Virus record (IMG/VR): IMGVR_UViG_3300042197_001007
DNA length: 64,000 nucleotides
Source of the DNA: a virus
Reading direction: 5' to 3' (one strand)
Positions 58,739 to 64,000 of this stretch are shown here, piece after piece. Each line of letters opens with the position of its first letter. Within the stretch, counting starts at the first letter, position 1. The notes under the pieces were generated by a model that ran no database searches, had not been told where the DNA came from, and saw nothing but the letters and a program-made list of their open reading frames with translations. The translations under genes were made by a program, and so were the position numbers.

Positions 58739-59242
58739 TCAGGTCCAGTGATTGTTTGGTCTCTCCCACCAAAAATGTAAATCTTCAATCATATCATCAT
58801 AGTACAAAGAAACCATTTCACTTTTGTATACACTTCCAATGTTCTCACACAATGCTACGGTGTGATACATGTTTGGAGCAGTTTTTCTCATTGCTTCTGT
58901 GATCCATGTATAATTACTCCCACGAATAACGCCAGCTTCAATTAGAACAAAATTTTCCCATCGTTCAGACCATTCCTGGTAATTTATACGAAAATCAATT
59001 TTATACTTTTGTGAACACTCGTCTGGAAAGGGAACGTTCACTGCTTCAACATGAAAAATCTCTCTACCCATTGATAATGAGTGAGAGAGATGTTGCGTTA
59101 CAATTCCTGAATAATCAGGAGAGACACACAAAAAGCATGTCTTGCTTGGGTGAATATCCCAATCCGACATTTTGATTTTGTATGACATCTCCTGAATGAG
59201 TGCCATTTCTTTATCTTGTGAAATGAACAATAATTTTTTCAT
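58739..59242 (-). CDS. phosphoribosyltransferase-fold protein (Gpt-like, degenerate PRPP loop)
   Basis: FVLIEAGVIRGSNY at the position of VLxVDDxxxTG; C-terminal LHFWWE like Gpt W.xFPWE. Confidence 0.5.
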   Translation of the reverse strand: MKKLLFISQDKEMALIQEMSYKIKMSDWDIHPSKTCFLCVSPDYSGIVTQHLSHSLSMGREIFHVEAVNVPFPDECSQKYKIDFRINYQEWSERWENFVLIEAGVIRGSNYTWITEAMRKTAPNMYHTVALCENIGSVYKSEMVSLYYDDMIEDLHFWWERPNNHWT

Positions 59243-59388
59243 TACCTTCCTTGACCACGATAACGCTTCTTGCGACCGTTGCGTGAGCTAGCACCAAGAT
59301 GAGTGTTCTGTGAACGACCTTGACGGGTCTTCTTGGGTGCTCCTTCGATATATCCACTCTTGGACAAACCACCTGTTGCTTTTGCCAT
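59242..59388 (-). CDS. 48-aa highly basic protein (MAKATGGLSKSGY...KKTRQGRSQNTH...KKRYRGQGR)
   Basis: Manual translation; TAATG coupling to next gene; possible DNA-binding core protein. Confidence 0.75.
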   Translation of the reverse strand: MAKATGGLSKSGYIEGAPKKTRQGRSQNTHLGASSRNGRKKRYRGQGR

Positions 59389-59400
59389 TGATCAATTCTC

Positions 59401-59778
59401 CTATACTTTTCTTGTACCAATCTTTATTGTAGGATAACTATACGGTCCTGTCAAGGTCCTTGGTGTTGTTGCTCCAAGAATTAAATCTGCTTCATCACCA
59501 GTAACTGCGAAAAGCTGACCATTAATCAACACACTATTGTTAATTACCGGTTCAATTCTTCGTATGCCTGGTTGACATGGAACAGGTATCGCAGGATTGA
59601 TTTTTAAACCATTCACAGATGAAGGTAAATTAGTAGAATTGTAAAACTTTACTTGTTGCCCTTCCATTTTTACATTAGGAGACACAAAGGGCGATCCTCC
59701 TAATGCTTTTGCTGGATACAAACAATTACCATCTGTACTGGATGTATCAACTGTATCTGGTCCTACAATATTAGGCAT
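59401..59778 (-). CDS. divergent PAAR-like (gp5.4-type) spike tip protein
   Basis: SPNVKMEGQ, NSVLINGQLFAVTGD, TIKIG; near gp25. Confidence 0.55.
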   Translation of the reverse strand: MPNIVGPDTVDTSSTDGNCLYPAKALGGSPFVSPNVKMEGQQVKFYNSTNLPSSVNGLKINPAIPVPCQPGIRRIEPVINNSVLINGQLFAVTGDEADLILGATTPRTLTGPYSYPTIKIGTRKV

Positions 59779-60008
59779 TATACTGTCTGGGCAACTCTAA
59801 TGAGATCTTTCTTAATTCCTTCTACATTATTATGTAGATAATCCAATGTGTCAGACAAACTTTCGTAATTCTTACTCTCCGGGCGACGATACATCAATGT
59901 AGGTCTCTCCAACTGTGATATCCGTTGGTCCAGGTTCTGTAACCTCTCTGACAGCATTAGGAGTGCTTGTTCCAATTTCTGCTGTTGCTCTTGTAACTTT
60001 TCCATCAT
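59778..60008 (-). CDS. coiled-coil hypothetical protein (MMEKLQEQQQKLEQ...)
   Basis: Heptad pattern; TAATG coupling to the PAAR-like gene. Confidence 0.65.
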   Translation of the reverse strand: MMEKLQEQQQKLEQALLMLSERLQNLDQRISQLERPTLMYRRPESKNYESLSDTLDYLHNNVEGIKKDLIRVAQTV

Positions 60009-60117
60009 TCTGATCTCCACGTAAAAATGCTTCAGCTGCGCGACTTTCAAACTCGTCACAGAAGGCATCGAAGTTGCTTAGTATAGTATCAAAACTATCG
60101 AAATCGGGTTTTTCCAT
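59872..60117 (-). CDS. acidic hypothetical protein (MEKPDFDSFD...NFDAFCDEFESRAAEAF)
   Basis: First ORF after late promoter 60178-60184; 3' part overlaps next gene in another frame. Confidence 0.6.
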   Translation of the reverse strand: MEKPDFDSFDTILSNFDAFCDEFESRAAEAFLRGDQNDGKVTRATAEIGTSTPNAVREVTEPGPTDITVGETYIDVSSPGE

Positions 60118-60177
60118 AATTTTTTCTGGCGGAAATTTTTTTATTACCGAGGTTTTCAAAAAACCATTTTCAAAAAG

Positions 60178-60184
60178 TATTTAT
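60178..60184 (-). promoter_or_regulatory. late promoter ATAAATA at head of the structural region
   Basis: Motif match; sits inside an 8-bp stem AAAAGTAT/ATACTTTT. Confidence 0.65.
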
Positions 60185-60269
60185 CGCTCGTCTGGATACT
60201 TTTGTAGGTTAGGGGAGGTGCTGTATGGGACCCGCTCGGCCGCCCCGTTATAACAAAGGGGGGGCATTT

Positions 60270-60449
60270 TCACTGCCCCACTGTCACTAACTGCTTGGCG
60301 ATGTTGCGTCCTACGAAGTCACGAACTTGATAGGGGATTGTGATTTGTTTGCCCGCATCTTCGTGGCGATAGATGTAATGCTTGCTGCCGTTTCTATGTA
60401 ACACCCAACCATTGATCTTTGCGATCTTCTGGAGTTGTTTGGTTGTCAT
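60270..60449 (-). CDS. hicA: HicA-like mRNA interferase (likely start MTTKQLQK)
   Basis: LQKIAKINGWVLHRNGSKHYIYRHEDAGKQITIP matches HicA G[WF]...R..GSH..[YF].H.....[VI]T[VI]P. Confidence 0.7.
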   Translation of the reverse strand: MTTKQLQKIAKINGWVLHRNGSKHYIYRHEDAGKQITIPYQVRDFVGRNIAKQLVTVGQ

Positions 60450-60490
60450 GGGGTGAGTGTAGAGAAATGGGGGTGTGGTAGGATGGGGGG

Positions 60491-60679
60491 TCACCCGAAG
60501 GTGGGGAGTTTGGCGATCGCTTCCTCGTTGTAGCGGTCAGCGTGGCATCCTGCCCACCACCAACCCTCAGCGGGGTTGATCTGTCCAGCATAGCGGGTCT
60601 GGGGAGCGGTCTCTGTCTTGCGAGCGACCCACATGGTCTCGCGGGTCTGGAGGTCGCTGCACTGAGAGTAGATTGCCAT
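60491..60679 (-). CDS. early hypothetical protein
   Basis: Preceded by promoter cassette (TAGACT at 60706-60711). Confidence 0.7.
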   Translation of the reverse strand: MAIYSQCSDLQTRETMWVARKTETAPQTRYAGQINPAEGWWWAGCHADRYNEEAIAKLPTFG

Positions 60680-60724
60680 GGGTTGGGTTCGTTTGGTATG
60701 TGGTTAGTCTAGACGGTCTGCCGC

Positions 60725-60889
60725 TCAGTGGCGGTCGCTGATGTACCAGTTGCCCGATTGGACTTCAGGGGGAGCGATCTCACCGCTGCGGACCTTCTGG
60801 CGGTACTCTGCCTCTGCTGCCATCTTGGCGGTGTACTCTGCCATCACCATGGCGATCAGTTCTTCGTGGGTCATCTTGGTTTTGTTCAT
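60725..60889 (-). CDS. 54-aa early protein (MNKTKMTHEELIAMVMAEY...SGNWYISDRH)
   Basis: Manual translation; ATG 6 nt after TAGACT (leaderless geometry). Confidence 0.7.
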   Translation of the reverse strand: MNKTKMTHEELIAMVMAEYTAKMAAEAEYRQKVRSGEIAPPEVQSGNWYISDRH

Positions 60890-60950
60890 GCTGTTAGTCT
60901 ACAGGGTCAGGCGGCAGGATCGGGGGGCAGTTGTGCCACCCCTTTGACCG

Positions 60951-61211
60951 TCACAGCTCTGCCATCATCTCGTTGATCTGGCGGTCGTTGATCTTGGCGC
61001 TATCCCAGCGAACCCCATCCTTAGTCTGTACAAGGTGGCGCCCGATGATACCATCAGTCATGCAGCGCACGAACTTATCAAACGGGGTCTCATTGTCGCC
61101 ACAATACTCTACACATGCCTTGGCAGTGTTGTAGAGGAACTCATCGTTCTGAATCCACAGAGCGACATTCCAGGTTTCGTAGTTTGTCCAACCGTTGTAG
61201 TCGAGTGCCAT
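60951..61211 (-). CDS. early hypothetical protein (YNGWTNYETWNVALW family)
   Basis: Recognisable N-terminal motif of a widespread phage protein; cassette upstream. Confidence 0.8.
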   Translation of the reverse strand: MALDYNGWTNYETWNVALWIQNDEFLYNTAKACVEYCGDNETPFDKFVRCMTDGIIGRHLVQTKDGVRWDSAKINDRQINEMMAEL

Positions 61212-61286
61212 GGTTTGGGTTCGTTTGTTGATGTGATCAGTATAGAGGGTCAGCGGTGCCCTTTGGGGTGGTTGGTGGACAGTGCC

Positions 61287-61472
61287 TCAGTTGGCACAGA
61301 GGGCGGACTCCATGCAGACCTCCCGCACCTCCAGCAGGGTATAGTCTACACCCAACTGCTTCTGCAGTTCCAGTTCATAATCCTCAGCAGCGGAGCGGCA
61401 ATCGAACAGGCGCAGGGAGTCAAAGGATTGCCCTTCGTAGTCGGTTCCAGCGATGACAGCGTAGACTTTCAT
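61287..61472 (-). CDS. early hypothetical protein
   Basis: Cassette upstream (TATACT at 61497-61502). Confidence 0.75.
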   Translation of the reverse strand: MKVYAVIAGTDYEGQSFDSLRLFDCRSAAEDYELELQKQLGVDYTLLEVREVCMESALCAN

Positions 61473-61536
61473 GGTCGGTTGTTTGTTGATGTGATCAGTA
61501 TAGAGGGTCAGTGGCGCCCGATGGGGGCAGCAGTGG

Positions 61537-61713
61537 TCACTTGCTCATCTGGCACCCGCCGGGGGTGATCTCGTTGATCTGTTGGCAGGTCATGGCGCTA
61601 CGATGGTCGATCAGGTCCCGGACCTTCAGGGCGGCATCCATCGCATGGGCACCTGCCACGATGGTCACGCTGCCCATCAGCATGATCAGGATCGCCTTAG
61701 CAAAATTGGTCAT
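61537..61713 (-). CDS. 58-aa early protein with N-terminal TM/signal segment (MTNFAKAILIMLMGSVTIVAG...)
   Basis: Manual translation; cassette upstream; ORF track shows only the antisense shadow. Confidence 0.7.
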   Translation of the reverse strand: MTNFAKAILIMLMGSVTIVAGAHAMDAALKVRDLIDHRSAMTCQQINEITPGGCQMSK

Positions 61714-61782
61714 GGGTCGTTTTGTTTTGATGTGATCAGTCTACAGGGTCACCAGCGCCCATAGGGGCAGCTGGTGGACAGT

Positions 61783-61971
61783 TCAGAGATTGCCCATCAA
61801 GGCGCTGGCGATGATCTCAGCGGCGCCGCAGAGGTCATCCCGAACGATCAGGCGCAGCGTCTCAGCACCCTCGGGCGTCTGGTGAAGCATCCGAACGTGA
61901 CCGTTGGCAGCGTTGGGGCAGTTGCTGTGAACCACGGCGATGGCAAGGGCGGTCGCTTCGATTTTGGTCAT
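61783..61971 (-). CDS. early hypothetical protein
   Basis: Cassette upstream. Confidence 0.7.
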   Translation of the reverse strand: MTKIEATALAIAVVHSNCPNAANGHVRMLHQTPEGAETLRLIVRDDLCGAAEIIASALMGNL

Positions 61972-61998
61972 GGGTCGTTTTGTTTTGATGTGATCAGT

Positions 61999-62100
61999 CT
62001 ACAGCATACCCAGGCGGTTCAGCGCCCACATGTAGACCAGTTCGGCAAGCGTCACACGTTGGCGGATGACAGGCAGGCAAGGCATCGTAAAGTGTGACAT
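61999..62100 (-). CDS. 33-aa micro-ORF (MSHFTMPCLPVIRQRVTLAELVYMWALNRLGML) encoded largely by a promoter cassette
   Basis: Manual translation; AC-rich leader; stop TAG is the first half of the -10 box TAGACT. Confidence 0.45.
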   Translation of the reverse strand: MSHFTMPCLPVIRQRVTLAELVYMWALNRLGML

Positions 62101-62138
62101 TGTGGGTTTGTGAGTTGTTGTTAGTTTGTGAGTGTGAT

Positions 62139-62450
62139 CTAAACGAATTCGATCACACTGTTGACGGCAGAGATCAGTACAGCTTCCTGCCTGAATGCGG
62201 TTTTGTAGCAGTTAGCAATCTGCTCAAACTTAGCGGTCATCTCTTCTACATCACTGGGGGGAATGTCAACATAAAGAATCTTGGTCAATTCTTGCTCACC
62301 TTTCCAGTAACCCACACCGTCGATGATAGTACAGAACTCAAGCACAGGTCCGATAAACTCACGAGTGAAATGATCGAACATGGCATCAGTAACCTTACCA
62401 GCGTCGGGAATGTTGCGACCCATCGCCATTTCGAGTCTGATCGTGTCCAT
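62139..62450 (-). CDS. DUF3574-like protein (likely start MDTIRLE)
   Basis: MGRNIP..VTDAMF..F.RE.I.P, TIIDGVGYWKGEQE.TKIL, YKTAFRQEAVL. Confidence 0.65.
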   Translation of the reverse strand: MDTIRLEMAMGRNIPDAGKVTDAMFDHFTREFIGPVLEFCTIIDGVGYWKGEQELTKILYVDIPPSDVEEMTAKFEQIANCYKTAFRQEAVLISAVNSVIEFV

Positions 62451-62529
62451 TTGTTTGTTGTTTGTTGATGTTGTTAGTATGGCACCCCCAGAGGCAGTCT
62501 GGGGGGATTGGTGGACAGTTCTCAGACTG

Positions 62530-62709
62530 TCACCGCCACTCAAGGAAGGTGGAGGGGTTGCCGTACTCTCCAATCACGATGCCATTCTGGCGGACCTCAG
62601 CGTACCCATACTCCTCAGACAGCGAGTAGCACAGGTCCCAGGCACGGTCCTCATCAGTGGTAGTGTTCTCCCAGGGGGCAGAGGGGCAGATCACGTCAAG
62701 GCGGTTCAT
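62530..62709 (-). CDS. early hypothetical protein (MNRLDVICPSAPWENTT...)
   Basis: Start set by cassette leader. Confidence 0.75.
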   Translation of the reverse strand: MNRLDVICPSAPWENTTTDEDRAWDLCYSLSEEYGYAEVRQNGIVIGEYGNPSTFLEWR

Positions 62710-62811
62710 TGGTTCGTTTCGTTTGATGCCCTTAGTATGGCAGCAGATGGGGGGCAATGGGGCAGTTGGTGGACAGTCTGGCAGCTGGCACACGGGCGGC
62801 TGACCAGTTAG

Positions 62812-63009
62812 CTATACCAACACATGACGATAATCAATGGATTTGATACACCAACCCGTGGCACATGTGATCTCTTCGATTAGATCATCTTCATCACATG
62901 CTTCCCAGATTTGACCAATGGTTTCGGATGTGATGAGGTCTTTATCATACGCATCCATCTCATCTTCACCATCAAAATCAAACTCAATGTAGAGGATTTG
63001 ATACAACAT
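62812..63009 (-). CDS. acidic early hypothetical protein
   Basis: DEDDLIEEITCATGWCIKSIDY; ATGA coupling region. Confidence 0.75.
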   Translation of the reverse strand: MLYQILYIEFDFDGEDEMDAYDKDLITSETIGQIWEACDEDDLIEEITCATGWCIKSIDYRHVLV

Positions 63010-63011
63010 GA

Positions 63012-63194
63012 TCAGTCAAGAAGATCGGGATAGTAAGACTCAACCTCTGAAATCAGTTCATCATCAGTATAGCTGGCGATGTTTTCTTCCATCTGGTCAC
63101 CAACAATCTGAAGCAAATCTTTGGTGCTCATGTTATCAAGCAAACGATCAATGTATGCTTCAACGAGTGCTTGACGATCAAAAGAGTTTGTCAT
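63012..63194 (-). CDS. acidic early hypothetical protein
   Basis: YIDRLLDNMSTKDL; ATGA overlap with upstream ORF. Confidence 0.75.
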   Translation of the reverse strand: MTNSFDRQALVEAYIDRLLDNMSTKDLLQIVGDQMEENIASYTDDELISEVESYYPDLLD

Positions 63195-63316
63195 TTCCGA
63201 AGGGGAGAATTGTAGTAACGAGTGAAGGCAGTTACGATGATAATCGCAGTGGAGATGACACCTACTAACCCGAGGAAAGTAACAGCGTCACCAGTGAAAG
63301 TGTAAGTGTCTGGCAT
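63191..63316 (-). CDS. 41-aa single-TM early protein (MPDTYTFTGDAVTFLGLVGVISTAIIIVTAFTRYYNSPLRK)
   Basis: Manual translation; cassette upstream. Confidence 0.7.
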   Translation of the reverse strand: MPDTYTFTGDAVTFLGLVGVISTAIIIVTAFTRYYNSPLRK

Positions 63317-63383
63317 TGTTTTGTGTTGACGATGTTAGTATGGCATGGATTAGGGGGGCAATCAATCCCCCCTGTGCCACTAA

Positions 63384-63563
63384 TCAAACTGTCACAGAAG
63401 GAAAGTTAGCACAAACGGCATCACATAGAGTTTTGATTAACTCATTCTGTTCATCAACAAATTCATCACCCCAGGTATCATAAAAGAAACTCTCAATGAT
63501 ACATTCAACGTCGCTCATCAGTTGTTCACGAGCAGACAACATCTCAAGGTGTGCGTTAAACAT
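63384..63563 (-). CDS. 59-aa early hypothetical protein (MFNAHLEMLSAREQLMSD...LCDAVCANFP)
   Basis: Manual translation; cassette upstream. Confidence 0.7.
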   Translation of the reverse strand: MFNAHLEMLSAREQLMSDVECIIESFFYDTWGDEFVDEQNELIKTLCDAVCANFPSVTV

Positions 63564-63662
63564 TTGTTTTGTGTTGTTGATGTTAGTATGGCATCAAACT
63601 GTGCCAGTTTCAAGTGATAGTGGACAGTTCAGAAACTGGCACAAATATACTTGACTGATATA

Positions 63663-63794
63663 CTATTCTTGAGTAGTGTAGTCTATATCAAGAATAGTAT
63701 AGAAATCATCGTAGATATCTTGATCAGTATATCCATTCAGTGTATCTTCTATCTGTTGATTTACAATCTCTTGATACATCTCTTGAATAGTCAT
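63663..63794 (-). CDS. 43-aa acidic protein (MTIQEMYQEIVNQQIEDTLNGYTDQDIYDDFYTILDIDYTTQE)
   Basis: Manual translation; AAGGAG Shine-Dalgarno; extended -10 TGTTATAAT at 63820-63828. Confidence 0.7.
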   Translation of the reverse strand: MTIQEMYQEIVNQQIEDTLNGYTDQDIYDDFYTILDIDYTTQE

Positions 63795-63855
63795 ACTAAT
63801 CTCCTTTGTATAGTTATTAATTATAACATATAAGCTATAATTTATCTTTAAATTT

Positions 63856-63919
63856 AAAAAATTGAAAAAATTGAAAAAATTAGAAATCTCAATATTTTTA
63901 ATTTATTGAGATTTCTAAT
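63856..63919. repeat. AT-rich A6TTG tandem repeats plus perfect 16-bp inverted repeat
   Basis: AAAAAATT(G) x3 at 63856-63881; ATTAGAAATCTCAATA (63879-63894) / TATTGAGATTTCTAAT (63904-63919). Confidence 0.85.
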
Positions 63920-64000
63920 ATTTTGAGATTTTACTAATTCAGTCGCATACCAGAAAAGAAAGGAACAGTAACTTTCTGATTTTTGGCATCAGTGAAAGTC

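Larger units (their letters stand above)
60680..63642 (-). repeat. ten dispersed early-promoter cassettes: GTG(A/C)CA-N10-TG(T/G)(C)CAC dyad, about 30 nt GC-rich spacer, TA(T/G)ACT or CATACT -10, AC-rich leader
   Basis: -10 boxes at about 60706, 60896, 61238, 61497, 61737, 61996, 62476, 62734, 63337, 63585; right half-site starts 36-38 nt upstream of the -10 in each. Confidence 0.9.

Noticed and set aside
991-62811. Plus-strand ORFs in the track (e.g. 991-1257, 21451-21894, 28948-29445, 61035-61568, 62094-62468)
   Set aside because: Antisense shadows of well-supported minus-strand genes; no independent motifs or promoters
60680-63642. Dispersed repeats with unique intervening sequence as a CRISPR array
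   Set aside because: Intervening stretches are ORFs of variable length, repeats are degenerate and contain -10 boxes, and no cas genes are present
1-64000. Stop-codon reassignment, tRNA or rRNA genes
   Set aside because: Giant ORFs are intact in the standard code, all three stops are used, and no cloverleaf or rRNA signatures were noticed by eye (tRNAscan not run)

Overview
64 kb of a T4-like cyanophage (cyanomyovirus, Kyanoviridae-type) genome. Essentially all real genes lie on the minus strand; the plus-strand ORFs in the track are antisense shadows. Along the + coordinates: head and packaging module (gp23, gp22, gp21, gp67/68-like, gp20, gp19, gp18, gp17, gp16); neck and tail terminator (gp15, gp14, gp13); an AT-rich island with a 2OG-Fe(II) oxygenase and three small lectin-like proteins; a 3004-aa tail fibre; two giant virion proteins; baseplate (gp8, 3711-aa gp7, gp6, gp25, PAAR-like). 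From about 60.25 kb there is a GC-richer early region of micro-genes, most behind a repeated palindromic promoter cassette. Top observation: the tail fibre and gp7 carry four alpha-helical domains that align by eye with phycobiliprotein (phycocyanin/allophycocyanin) subunits. They keep equivalents of both bilin-attachment cysteines (C-x-R-D, like Cys82/84; C-x-x-V-A-S-x-I, like beta-Cys153/155), suggesting possibly chromophorylated virion proteins. Other notable items: an amicyanin-type blue-copper motif in a virion protein, a lectin-tip cassette with a shared docking module, an RpaB/HLR1-like site, an orphan HicA-like early gene, and hairpins that embed late promoters. All assignments are by motif recognition only; no searches were run. 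No tRNA, rRNA, CRISPR array, intron, intein or reverse transcriptase was seen.
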